A stretch of 60,349 bases of DNA, from IMG/VR virus record IMGVR_UViG_3300037313_001400, positions 1 to 60,349 of that record. One strand, written 5' to 3'. A program made the translations under genes and the position numbers. The notes beneath the pieces were generated by a model. That model ran no database searches. It was not told the origin of the DNA and saw only the letters and a list, made by a program, of their open reading frames with translations. This stretch comes from a virus (taxonomy: Duplodnaviria; Caudoviricetes). How positions within the stretch are numbered: position 1 is the first letter of the stretch; the number at the start of each line of letters is the position of its first letter. Positions 20,527 to 29,386 of the stretch are shown here, piece after piece.

Positions 20527-20904
20527 TCAGAACCAGGTGGCGACTGGGCCGTCATCGGTCAGTGCCACTACGAACATCTTCACATCAGCATTGGGTCGCT
20601 CGGCGAGATCGCCGGCGGAAGGACCTACATGGCCCGAGGGGTGGGTGTGCCAGACCGCCACCTCGAACTCGTCGCCCCCGACCCCCTCCAGGGCCAACCT
20701 TATGTCATCGGGGTATATCACGTATTGCCCCGTGGTGTGGAGGGTTCGGTTGGGCAACTCAATCACGTAGGAGAGTCGGCCATTTCGCCATATCGGCGCA
20801 TCCAGGAGAAGTCCGCAAGCCTCGGCCGGTTCCCTCAGAGTACCGAGGTTGTAGATCTCATCCAGCGACGTTTCCAGTGCCTGGTGCAAAGCCAAGGTCT
20901 TCAT
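20527..20904 (-). CDS. JAB/MPN (JAMM) metalloprotease
   Basis: EACGLL...WHTHPSGHVGPSAGD is a complete JAMM motif. Confidence 0.85.
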   Translation of the reverse strand: MKTLALHQALETSLDEIYNLGTLREPAEACGLLLDAPIWRNGRLSYVIELPNRTLHTTGQYVIYPDDIRLALEGVGGDEFEVAVWHTHPSGHVGPSAGDLAERPNADVKMFVVALTDDGPVATWF

Positions 20905-21148
20905 CCGTAATCACCCCTTTGGCAAGGAGAAGAGCTCGAAGCTGAACATCGGCGGCCTGGGCAACAATGACCCTGGGGACTGCCGGCTGTTCCGGGCGAG
21001 GTGGCTCTGCTACGCGCAAGGAGCCATCGGAAGTCCAGGCATGTCTCACCAGGTTATCCAGTTCGGCCAGCCGATGTTCAGCTCGAGACCTGTTGCAATG
21101 GTAGCAGAGCTCGTCGCTACTCGCCACCACTGCCTCCCCAGTCGTCAT
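20858..21148 (-). CDS. Hypothetical protein
   Basis: CYHC...EH; LRALLLAKGVIT; start uncertain. Confidence 0.55.
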   Translation of the reverse strand: MTTGEAVVASSDELCYHCNRSRAEHRLAELDNLVRHAWTSDGSLRVAEPPRPEQPAVPRVIVAQAADVQLRALLLAKGVITDEDLGFAPGTGNVAG

Positions 21149-21803
21149 CGTCGTCCTCCACCTCGACGTCGATAACTCCTCGGGTGCCCATGTGTGCCAT
21201 GGTATAGCCAGGCGGCAGGGCCGCCATGTCGGGGTGCCGGTCGTCCATCACGGGGTTCACCATGACGGCCCCCAGAATGCCCTGGAGCTTCACCGAGACG
21301 TCGGTCTGGGTGGGCTGCACGGGCTTACCGATAACGTGCTCGATGAGCCACTTGGAAGCGTCCAGCTTCACAGCGGGCGATACAATGGGCTTGCCCTTGT
21401 CGTCGACATCCTCGCTGTGGAGCAGGTTGGCAACTACCCCCAGAGCCATGGTGGCGTTGAGGTTCATCGAGTCACGGATCAAGATCTTGAATCGCTCGGC
21501 GATGCGTTCGTGAACTGCCCGAGGCATGTGTCGCATCGGGGCACCACGGAAATCGCCGGCAGCATTCCTCGGACGTCCGCGAGCCAGTTCCTCGAGGTCC
21601 CACTCATCGATGGGCTTACCCGACCAAGCTTCGAAGGTCTCGTCGTCCAGCTTCTTGCCCTTGGAGATGGTCCGGCGGGCTCGAGAGCGAACCTGCTTGC
21701 CGGTCATCAGACGACCACGATCGTTGCGGGGCCGGGCATCTTCCTCGGGGCTCTTCTCGGCCTCACGGAAGTCGACCACCCTCGGCTTAGGCTGCTTGGG
21801 CAT
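21117..21803 (-). CDS. Probable terminase small subunit
   Basis: GAGGAGG RBS; WDLEELARGRPR, KLDASKWLIEHVIGKP; first gene of the late operon. Confidence 0.65.
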   Translation of the reverse strand: MPKQPKPRVVDFREAEKSPEEDARPRNDRGRLMTGKQVRSRARRTISKGKKLDDETFEAWSGKPIDEWDLEELARGRPRNAAGDFRGAPMRHMPRAVHERIAERFKILIRDSMNLNATMALGVVANLLHSEDVDDKGKPIVSPAVKLDASKWLIEHVIGKPVQPTQTDVSVKLQGILGAVMVNPVMDDRHPDMAALPPGYTMAHMGTRGVIDVEVEDDDDDWGGSGGE

Positions 21804-21970
21804 GTCCACCTCCTCGTTAGATGCCCTACACTGGCCCACCGAAGCGGATTCGATAGGGCGTGGGGTCGGCAGGGGGAACCGTTCCTATCGAACCCGCTCC
21901 GGCGGGATCATGTCCATTTAAGCATCCTACGGTCGATCATGTCAATCACCACGGCGGGCTGGTCGACCTG

Positions 21971-22474
21971 TTACGAGAATAGGGCAAAGCCATTCACACG
22001 GAGATCCGTGGTTTGACTTGATCCCCACACCGACAAGTTATTGAGGTGCTCCCACGGGTAGACTTCCTCGCTGTACCACATAGCTATCAGGTGGTGAGTT
22101 GTGAAAGCCCCATTGCGATCCTTAGCTGTAAGTAGGCGCTTCAGGATCGCATTTTCAGTGACGTGGACCTTCTTCGAAATCTCCATCTTAGTGTGACCGG
22201 TGGCTACTAGCTCGATGATCTCGATCTCAACTGGGCTCAACACGAAAGGTGCCCATAGGGGTATCGGTTCAATGATCTCGGCATCTAGAGCCTGATAGAC
22301 AAGGTGGGTCAGATTCCGGGCCCCGAATCGATTCTTGAGCCGCTCGATTCGACCACGAAAGGTATCTTTCTGAATGCCGAGGTAAGTCGAGATCTCGGTC
22401 CCGTCAAAGCCCAGGGCCAAAAGCTCTAGCATTACCTCGGCATCCTTGAAGCGGCGAAGGTCAGGCGACTGCAT
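21971..22474 (-). CDS. Tandem LuxR-type HTH transcription regulator
   Basis: Two repeats of L.L.A.G....EI...L.I....(F/I)...(I/L).......GA.....L. Confidence 0.8.
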   Translation of the reverse strand: MQSPDLRRFKDAEVMLELLALGFDGTEISTYLGIQKDTFRGRIERLKNRFGARNLTHLVYQALDAEIIEPIPLWAPFVLSPVEIEIIELVATGHTKMEISKKVHVTENAILKRLLTAKDRNGAFTTHHLIAMWYSEEVYPWEHLNNLSVWGSSQTTDLRVNGFALFS

Positions 22475-22757
22475 CCACGACCTTCGGTCGCCAGTTCACT
22501 TCGAGAAAACGCTCGTCGCTGCGCTGGTAGGTGTGGAGCTTCGCACTCGGCCCCATGCGCGGACTCTGGATGATCATGTTGTGGATCGCCGAGATGGTCG
22601 TGGGGTGTGGACTGACCACCCGGATGGTTCGACCTCGACGAGTGACGGTCAGGTTCTCACGGCCCAGAGAACGCTTGATGCCCTGGACGATCATCTCGGC
22701 ATCGTGCGAGGTTCCCTCGAGCGAGCCGATGTCAACTGCGTCGAGCACGAACATCAT
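22461..22757 (-). CDS. Hypothetical protein
   Basis: GAGGAG RBS before MMFVLD. Confidence 0.6.
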   Translation of the reverse strand: MMFVLDAVDIGSLEGTSHDAEMIVQGIKRSLGRENLTVTRRGRTIRVVSPHPTTISAIHNMIIQSPRMGPSAKLHTYQRSDERFLEVNWRPKVVDAVA

Positions 22758-22884
22758 TTCTCCTCTTGCGCTTGAGCTTGTGGTCGTCCCAAAAGGAGAG
22801 GGCCACCGCGCTGAGGCAAAACCCTCCCACACCGAGCGCGAGTATGCCGGCGACTATGGCGAGAAGCCACTGGGGCCAGCTCAC
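22732..22884 (-). CDS. Small membrane protein (50 aa)
   Basis: GTG overlapping the upstream stop; SWPQWLLAIVAGILALGVGGFCL; not in the ORF track. Confidence 0.5.
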   Translation of the reverse strand: MSWPQWLLAIVAGILALGVGGFCLSAVALSFWDDHKLKRKRRNDVRARRS

Positions 22885-23381
22885 TCGAACTCCCGGAGGT
22901 AATCGAGCCGGAGCTGCTTCAGCTCCTTCAGGTCCATGCGCTCGAGTGATTCAGCGCAGCGCGCTTCCTCCAGCTTCCTGATGCTCTCCGAGGGCCGACG
23001 GACGAGCTCCTCGATGTGATCGCGGGCCGGTGGTGCGATGCTGACTCGACCGGTCACCGACGGGGTGCCGAACATCTCGACCTCGAGCACATTGTCCCGA
23101 TTCACACCTCGGTTCAGCTTCAGGGCGAATCGCGTCAGGGCGTGGGCGAAGGAGGCCGACTTACCCAGCCCCCGCGTGTACTCACCGCACCGCAGGATGT
23201 AGAACTCGAGCTCGTGTGTCTGCAGCGGGATACGGTGGGGAGTCTGTTCGACGATCTCCCAGCCCTTGCGCCTGGCGTCTGGGTCATTGCTGTAGCGCAT
23301 GTGGAAGGTCTCGTCGAGGATCTTGCGTCGTCGCGCTCGGATCTCGTCAGGGGATTCGGACTGATCGCTCGTCTCGTTCAT
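22881..23381 (-). CDS. Hypothetical protein
   Basis: AAGGA RBS before MNETSDQ. Confidence 0.6.
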   Translation of the reverse strand: MNETSDQSESPDEIRARRRKILDETFHMRYSNDPDARRKGWEIVEQTPHRIPLQTHELEFYILRCGEYTRGLGKSASFAHALTRFALKLNRGVNRDNVLEVEMFGTPSVTGRVSIAPPARDHIEELVRRPSESIRKLEEARCAESLERMDLKELKQLRLDYLREFE

Positions 23382-23925
23382 CGTAGTCCTTCGTCTTGAC
23401 CAGTAGGTTGTACAGGTCAGCTGGGGTGACATCGCCGGGAATGCGGCCATCCTGGAAGAGGCGTATGCCGGCATCGTGGTAGCACTGATCCACCAACTGG
23501 GAGCAGATCATGTGCCCTGTGCTAGCAATATAGCGCTTCAGCCACCGGGGACGAAGGCGAAATCGTGCTAGGGCTAGACCAAAGTAGTCCAGGAACGAAT
23601 AGGGGACTCCCTTGTACCGGCCCACCGCCGAGAAGACGATGATCTGTCGCTCATTGTCGGTGAGGGGGCCATCGTAGTCAGGTCCCACACCATAGATCTC
23701 GAGGCCGGACGACCAGATGATGTTCTCAGGTCGGTAGTTGCTGATGTCGCCCTCGATGGCTCCGCCGGGCATGGCCTCTATGGTTCGACCCTCACCCAGG
23801 TAGATGCCGGCATGCTGTATACTCCGCCAGCCATCCCCGTTCAGCCACTGTCCGAACTTGATGAGGAGTCCCACTCGACCCTGGATGGGCACCAGGAAGA
23901 AATCCCCGGGGCGAGGCTCAGGCAT
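23347..23925 (-). CDS. Permuted NlpC/P60 papain-like amidase (YaeF/YiiX-like)
   Basis: PGD...HAGIYLG...IEA...GVPYSF...ICSQLV...VTPADL, with His before Cys. Confidence 0.85.
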   Translation of the reverse strand: MPEPRPGDFFLVPIQGRVGLLIKFGQWLNGDGWRSIQHAGIYLGEGRTIEAMPGGAIEGDISNYRPENIIWSSGLEIYGVGPDYDGPLTDNERQIIVFSAVGRYKGVPYSFLDYFGLALARFRLRPRWLKRYIASTGHMICSQLVDQCYHDAGIRLFQDGRIPGDVTPADLYNLLVKTKDYDERDERSVRIP

Positions 23926-24163
23926 GTGACTCCCTCACGCGAACGATGAGGTCGCCCCCGTCGCCGGCATCGATCAGCTCGACAGCCACCGGAGCCATCT
24001 GAAGCTGACCCCGCATCCCATCATGGGCCACCCGGTTGCAGTACATGCAGCGAAGGTCCGCACGACCCTCGTCGATCTCGAGACGCCAGCGCTGAACCCC
24101 GTCATAGTGACCGGGGCAGACTTCGATGGCTGGGGCATGGTAAAGGATGTCGGCTCTGCCCAT
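23918..24163 (-). CDS. Hypothetical protein (CxxC)
   Basis: Own promoter and AAGGAG RBS. Confidence 0.6.
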   Translation of the reverse strand: MGRADILYHAPAIEVCPGHYDGVQRWRLEIDEGRADLRCMYCNRVAHDGMRGQLQMAPVAVELIDAGDGGDLIVRVRESHA

Positions 24164-24254
24164 GGCCTTCTCCTTAGGTGTGGGGGTATCAAACTACCAC
24201 AAAGCCGTCGGGAGTCTCAAGGACTTCTTTCCCCGACGGCGTGGCGAGACAGAG

Positions 24255-24656
24255 TTAATGCTTAACGAACCCCCGAAGAAGGAATTGCTCGTAGCGGTCG
24301 GCCGCTCGGTCGATCCACTCGGGCCCCTCGGGGTTGTCATCGACCTCAGTGTACAGGTCGTAGGCCTTCATGGCCGTATCCAGTGCATAGAGCCGAGCCT
24401 GAAGCACGATGTGCCCGGGCAGATTGTCGATGTCAAACTCCTCGATAGGCATGGTAGCCTGAGTCGGGAAGCATGGCAGATCGGCGAAGTCCGGGTGCTC
24501 GTCGATCAACCCCTCAGCCTGGGTCGGCGACAGGAACTTGTGCTGGTGCTGGTCGGCGCATCGGTTGCAGCCCATAGGGTGGGTGTGGTCCCGACGGTGG
24601 TGCCCACATGTGGCGCACTTGAACTCGTTCTTCAACTGAGGAGCCCCCTTCTTCAT
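24255..24656 (-). CDS. Hypothetical Zn-finger protein
   Basis: CATCGH...H...CNRC. Confidence 0.6.
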   Translation of the reverse strand: MKKGAPQLKNEFKCATCGHHRRDHTHPMGCNRCADQHQHKFLSPTQAEGLIDEHPDFADLPCFPTQATMPIEEFDIDNLPGHIVLQARLYALDTAMKAYDLYTEVDDNPEGPEWIDRAADRYEQFLLRGFVKH

Positions 24657-24664
24657 GGGATCAC

Positions 24665-24898
24665 TTACCTTCGTCGGTAGATCTCGAAGCTGGAGTTATT
24701 CCTCTGCTTCGGGATAATGGAGGCGATGATGTCTCCGGGCCGCAGTTCATCCGCTGCTACCTCGATTACCGTGGCATCCCCGGGCACGAAGGCGTGATCC
24801 GTAGTCGCAAGATGGAAGTTGCGGTGAGCCCCGCACATGCGGCAGCTGTTACGCGCAACGAAGTCGATAGGCTCGACCTTGAACGTAATACCCATCAT
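24665..24898 (-). CDS. Hypothetical protein
   Basis: GGAGG RBS; CRMC. Confidence 0.55.
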   Translation of the reverse strand: MMGITFKVEPIDFVARNSCRMCGAHRNFHLATTDHAFVPGDATVIEVAADELRPGDIIASIIPKQRNNSSFEIYRRR

Positions 24899-24973
24899 GC
24901 TAGTCCCCCTCCTATGCGGTTGTGACCGCTTGGTGCGGCCATGCCCCCATAGTAGGCTCACGGTTACCGCCCG

Positions 24974-25207
24974 TCAATCGTTACCGGTATCACGCATATT
25001 CGTTACTGAGGGTGAACTGAACTTGTCCATGTCCTCAGGGGGATAGTTGACGTAGCGCCTACCATCCTCGAACTTCACGGTGAAGTAGCCGCCCGAAGTG
25101 ACCGCCACCACTTCCCCGGTAGCCCTTGGTGTGGGATCCGCCAACTCAAGACGTTGTCCCACACCGAACTGGGCTTCCTGGCAGCGATCTGAGTTGTCAG
25201 GTTGCAT
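24974..25207 (-). CDS. Small SH3-like protein (leaderless)
   Basis: TTGACC-18-TAGGGT directly before ATG; GEVVAV...FTVKFEDG. Confidence 0.6.
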   Translation of the reverse strand: MQPDNSDRCQEAQFGVGQRLELADPTPRATGEVVAVTSGGYFTVKFEDGRRYVNYPPEDMDKFSSPSVTNMRDTGND

Positions 25208-25348
25208 GATCGGGACCCTATCGGGTCGGGTTTTGGGGGGTCAATCACTGAGGGTAAAAATCTCATTCCAAAGGACTAGAAAATAGTACCCGGTCTAAAC
25301 CACACCGATGGACCGGCCCGTAGGCCGGCCACCGTTAAGCGCGGAGGA

Positions 25349-26257
25349 TCAGAGCTTGGTCACCGAGTCGAACCCGCCCGAGGTGGTCACCGCGATGTCA
25401 CCCTTATTGTCCTCCCAGGCAAATGAGTCCGCCTTCTTAAGGTACCGCCCCCGCACCCACTTGTCCAACCCGATCAGGTGAGCCTTGTGCGTGTTGGGGT
25501 TGTCCGGGCTCGGCGGCCAGAAGACCATGGGACTCTCCTTGGTGCCTTCGCCCAGGGGGTAGTCGCTGACCGGCTCCCAGTCGAGGGTACCCAACTTCTC
25601 GCCGTTCTTGTCACTCCAGCAGAAGTATTCACCCTCGACCCATCCAGTGGTCTGGGAGCTGCTGTTGTAGACGAAGGCCCGGATGGGTTCCACCAACCGA
25701 ACATTTCGATCATCCACCCGGGCTTTGAACATCTTGCCCGAGGCCGACAGCCAGTGGAACTGGTCATCGTAGTGGGGATGGGTTTCGATCTGACCGTGCG
25801 TCAGGGTCTCCCCGACGACGGCCCAGGCGTCTTTGTACTGTCGCTCGATCGATTCCTCATCGTCGAGCTCCTCGGGCTCCTCAGGCTCGTCCCAGCCCTC
25901 CTCAATCATCTCCTGCGCATATTGCAGCAGGCCCAGCGCGAGATGCCTTTCCCGCGGGCTCTCGATGGTCAGGCAGCAGGTGTCCATGACGTAGAGCTTG
26001 CCGTCCGTACCGAGGTAGTACAGGGCCGGCAGGCTGCCATTCGACAGCTCCCTCAGCGCACCCAAGGCGGTAACCGCCACGTCAGCGACCTGCTGGTACG
26101 CCTCCTTCGGATTGCCGGCGAGCTTGATGGTCTTCTGCAGGGCTTCCTGGATGGTGGTCTCGGGCTTCATGCTGAAAGCCTCCTTGAGTCGGTGTCCATA
26201 GATATTGATCTGGTCTGAGGTGAGATTCACCTGCCGGCGGGGGTATCTCAGGGCCAT
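25349..26257 (-). CDS. Hypothetical protein
   Basis: 302-aa ORF coupled to the upstream gene; start may be 26170. Confidence 0.7.
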   Translation of the reverse strand: MALRYPRRQVNLTSDQINIYGHRLKEAFSMKPETTIQEALQKTIKLAGNPKEAYQQVADVAVTALGALRELSNGSLPALYYLGTDGKLYVMDTCCLTIESPRERHLALGLLQYAQEMIEEGWDEPEEPEELDDEESIERQYKDAWAVVGETLTHGQIETHPHYDDQFHWLSASGKMFKARVDDRNVRLVEPIRAFVYNSSSQTTGWVEGEYFCWSDKNGEKLGTLDWEPVSDYPLGEGTKESPMVFWPPSPDNPNTHKAHLIGLDKWVRGRYLKKADSFAWEDNKGDIAVTTSGGFDSVTKL

Positions 26258-26571
26258 GACAGCATCACCTTGTGTGTCTTCGAGAAGTCCCCACTAGAGA
26301 TCAGCTGGTGACCCTCCTTGAGCTGGCAGCGGGTCTCCTCCACACCCTCGACCGCGTAGAAGTCACATTGCTTCTTGCGTCGGGCCTGGCGGTGACTGGT
26401 GTACCTGTGCTCGTCGTGGTAGTTGACCAGGGCAGCGAGGGGCTGCTCCAGCCCGAAGGGCTCGGACTGGTGACCGCAGCCATCGACGTCGTGATACACG
26501 AGACCCGCTGGTTTACCCTCGCGATCGAGCTTGATCCTGACGGTGAACTCGTTCTCCTGAGGCTGACCCAT
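26248..26571 (-). CDS. Hypothetical Cys/His protein
   Basis: GGAGG RBS; coupled to neighbours. Confidence 0.6.
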   Translation of the reverse strand: MGQPQENEFTVRIKLDREGKPAGLVYHDVDGCGHQSEPFGLEQPLAALVNYHDEHRYTSHRQARRKKQCDFYAVEGVEETRCQLKEGHQLISSGDFSKTHKVMLSWP

Positions 26572-26855
26572 CAGCTCCCCTCCTTCTGCTTGGGCACGTA
26601 CTTGAGCAGCCCGCCCTGAATACCGGCGACCTTGTAGAACAGCGAGCTGTAGTTCGACGACCAGAAGTCATTCCACCTGATCGTGTAGGTGATGTTGACA
26701 GTACGGTCACTGATGCTCACCTGGGTGATCTCGACCCTGTGGTAGTCGACCCCCTCAGAGTCGAACTGATAGGTCACCTGCCGCATCCAAGCCAGCCAGG
26801 CCCATATCGGCAGGGTACCCATCGGGTCGTCGGAGATCTCGATGGTGGCCGTCAT
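26571..26855 (-). CDS. Hypothetical protein
   Basis: AAAGGGG RBS before MTATIEIS. Confidence 0.6.
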   Translation of the reverse strand: MTATIEISDDPMGTLPIWAWLAWMRQVTYQFDSEGVDYHRVEITQVSISDRTVNITYTIRWNDFWSSNYSSLFYKVAGIQGGLLKYVPKQKEGS

Positions 26856-26962
26856 GTAATGCCCCCTTTCTGATGTAAGCATCATATCGGATCCAGTACC
26901 CACGCCAAGGTCCCCCCGCCAAATAGGTTCTCGGCCTTTGGTAGGGGGACCCATGTATGGTA

Positions 26963-27472
26963 TTAGAAGTTGTCCAGCCTCGGCCGGATCTGGGGCTCGA
27001 TGTACTGAGCGTGGAACTTGGACATGCGCGGGTCCACCCTGACGATGTACTCGCCATTGTAGAGTCGACCGAGCCGCTCAGGGGTGAAGCCCCCCCTACG
27101 CATCTGCAGCATCTCCTCCAGCCAGTCGTCCCAGGTCTCGGGATGGATGACCATCATGGGGAAGATGTTCCGGTCACTCTCGAGGCGCTCGAAGACGATT
27201 CGCGCACCCACCGACTCCGTTTTGTCCTGCTGGGCGAGAGATACGGCCTCATCCTCAGCCCCAGCGGCCACCAGCACAGCCCTGAGTACCTCGGCGATGT
27301 CCGGGCGCGGGTAGTTCAGGTTCTGCTGGGTGACCCAGACCATCACCCGGCGCCACAGGGCGAGAACGGCCTGGAGCCATTCCGGGGAGCCCTTAGGCAA
27401 CTTGTTGAGGGCGTCGACGTCGGCGCTGATGCTGTTGCTCATCCACACCGGCATGGAGCGGCGGTTCGCCAT
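26963..27472 (-). CDS. Hypothetical protein
   Basis: TGATG coupling to the upstream gene. Confidence 0.7.
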   Translation of the reverse strand: MANRRSMPVWMSNSISADVDALNKLPKGSPEWLQAVLALWRRVMVWVTQQNLNYPRPDIAEVLRAVLVAAGAEDEAVSLAQQDKTESVGARIVFERLESDRNIFPMMVIHPETWDDWLEEMLQMRRGGFTPERLGRLYNGEYIVRVDPRMSKFHAQYIEPQIRPRLDNF

Positions 27473-27852
27473 CAGTGGCCCTGGGGGTAGTCGTACGGCG
27501 GCTCGATGAACGGGTTGAGCCTCGGGTCGGTCGGTGCCGCCAGCGCGCGGCCCTCCGCCGTCACGGGGCCGATGAGGGGCCAGTTCGGGTTCGTCTCCTC
27601 GGCCAGGTTGTCGAACAGGAAGTGCCCGAGCTCGATCGGCACCTCGCTGATCTCGCGGATCGTCTTGGCGTCCAGCAGGAGGTTGTGCGACTGCTCGGTC
27701 GTCCGGGCGTCGAAGTGGATCATCGCCAGGGCAGCCCGAGCCACGGCGGTGAACCGACGGTACCTCTCGTCGACCCCCATCTTACGCGACATCTTGATCT
27801 CCTTCACCTCCCGAGCCATCTCCTTAAGGGAGGCGATAGTGCGATCAGCCAT
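27472..27852 (-). CDS. Hypothetical protein
   Basis: TTGACG-17-TAGCAT promoter, AAAGGAG RBS. Confidence 0.7.
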   Translation of the reverse strand: MADRTIASLKEMAREVKEIKMSRKMGVDERYRRFTAVARAALAMIHFDARTTEQSHNLLLDAKTIREISEVPIELGHFLFDNLAEETNPNWPLIGPVTAEGRALAAPTDPRLNPFIEPPYDYPQGH

Positions 27853-27902
27853 TCTACTGCTCCTTTCGTGTGGAGTAATGCTATCTGCTCTCTGACTGCC
27901 CG

Positions 27903-28142
27903 TCAACAATCGACGGAGGTGATCTTCGCCTTACGGGCGCGCAGCTGCAGCATGATCTCGTCGTCGAGCTCGTAGCCGTTCAGCAGCATGATCCGCCGGT
28001 CTCTCGAGCCCACGATCTCCTCGTAGAGGCGAGTCTGGCTCGTCATGACCACGAAGTCATTGCGGGTCAGGTTGTGCTTCTCGATGTACTGGAGTCCGTC
28101 CCGCACGGTCATCGCCATCAGGATCGTCTTACGGCCGCCCAT
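27903..28142 (-). CDS. Hypothetical protein, paralog of 28475-28714
   Basis: Aligns by eye over its full length with its paralog. Confidence 0.7.
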   Translation of the reverse strand: MGGRKTILMAMTVRDGLQYIEKHNLTRNDFVVMTSQTRLYEEIVGSRDRRIMLLNGYELDDEIMLQLRARKAKITSVDC

Positions 28143-28187
28143 GGTGTCGATCAGTTCTTTTCTCGTGTCGGACGGGAGGCGGGGTGC

Positions 28188-28442
28188 TCATGACTGCCCC
28201 TCGTGCTTTTCTACGACGTGAATGCGGAAGTCGTGCGCCATCTTGGCCATGGTCTTCAGGTCGCGCTTGCTCACCACGTCACCGCTGAAGGCGATGGTGC
28301 GAAGAGTCTCGTATTCCAGACGGGTCACCGCCTGAACCGGAGTGATCTCGGACGCGGTGAGCTTGATGTCGAGTTCGTCGATCAACTCCTGGAGGCCCAT
28401 GAGGGTTTTGAGGAAACTCTTCCTTGGACGATCTTTGTTCAT
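28188..28442 (-). CDS. Hypothetical protein (leaderless)
   Basis: TTGACC-17-TAGCAT, then 7 nt, then ATG. Confidence 0.65.
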   Translation of the reverse strand: MNKDRPRKSFLKTLMGLQELIDELDIKLTASEITPVQAVTRLEYETLRTIAFSGDVVSKRDLKTMAKMAHDFRIHVVEKHEGQS

Positions 28443-28474
28443 GCCGGCAATGCTATCAACTCCGTAATTGGCGG

Positions 28475-28714
28475 TCAATCGAGCCGGTATTCCACGTGAA
28501 TGAGCTTGGCCTGGGTGCATCGCAGGTCTTCTCGCTCGTACTTGTTGAGGCGGGGCTCGTTGAGGAGGATCACCGGACGATCCATGGTACCCCTAAGGTG
28601 GTATTGCAGGAGATCGAAGTTGGTGACGATCCAGAAGTCGTAGGGGTCGAGGTTGTAGGTCGCCAGGTAGGTCCGGGCCAGGTTTCGATTCTCTGCGACG
28701 AGGAGGGGCTTCAT
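28475..28714 (-). CDS. Hypothetical protein (leaderless), paralog of 27903-28142
   Basis: TTGACC-17-TAGGAT, then 7 nt, then ATG. Confidence 0.7.
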   Translation of the reverse strand: MKPLLVAENRNLARTYLATYNLDPYDFWIVTNFDLLQYHLRGTMDRPVILLNEPRLNKYEREDLRCTQAKLIHVEYRLD

Positions 28715-28839
28715 GCCGGCGATCCTATCGGATGGGAGATGGGAGGTCAACAGGCCCTTGATTTGGGGGTGGATATACGTGGTTAAATTTCTCGGGAAGA
28801 GGTCAGAGCGACCGCCAGCTATGGTCCGGACGCGGCCCA

Positions 28840-29385
28840 CGGATGAATCCCACGAAATCTCCCGGGGGGTTCATACCACCGGAGATCCATCCAAAACGGA
28901 CATTACCCACCAACTACGGATCTATCCAATTTTAACGGGATCTACCGGAAATAACAGAAGATCCATCCCATTATCAATTCGATTCGAATGGGAACAACAC
29001 AACAACAGAAACAATAGAATGACCCATGCATCATTCAATGGGATTCATCCTGATGAATAGGGAAAGGGGATCATTCATCAGGGATATATGCATGGAAATC
29101 ATCCCATTGAATAGGAATAAGGGGATATATGCAGGGGATATTACCATGGCAATATGCATCCCCAATAACCCCCCTATATACACCCCCGCCCCATATAAGG
29201 GGGATTATGCGCCGCCGGCGATATGCGCCCATCATGCATGCATCGGAGAAAGGTCTGGAGAGGGGCAGGATACCCCATAGGCTATGCCCCCCTGATATGA
29301 CCCCTTATATACGCCCCCGGCGATATAGGAGGGCAGGATACACAAACCTAGGAGCCCAATATAGGGCCCCCGGTTATAGGTGGGG
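28840..29385. other. AT-richer structured non-coding region (candidate genome end / packaging region)
   Basis: Nested inverted repeats, GT-free top strand, no credible ORF. Confidence 0.55.
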
Positions 29386-29386
29386 T

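Noticed and set aside
28713-29280. Plus-strand ORFs in the AT-richer region
   Set aside because: No RBS, and the composition is explained by hairpins and nucleotide bias
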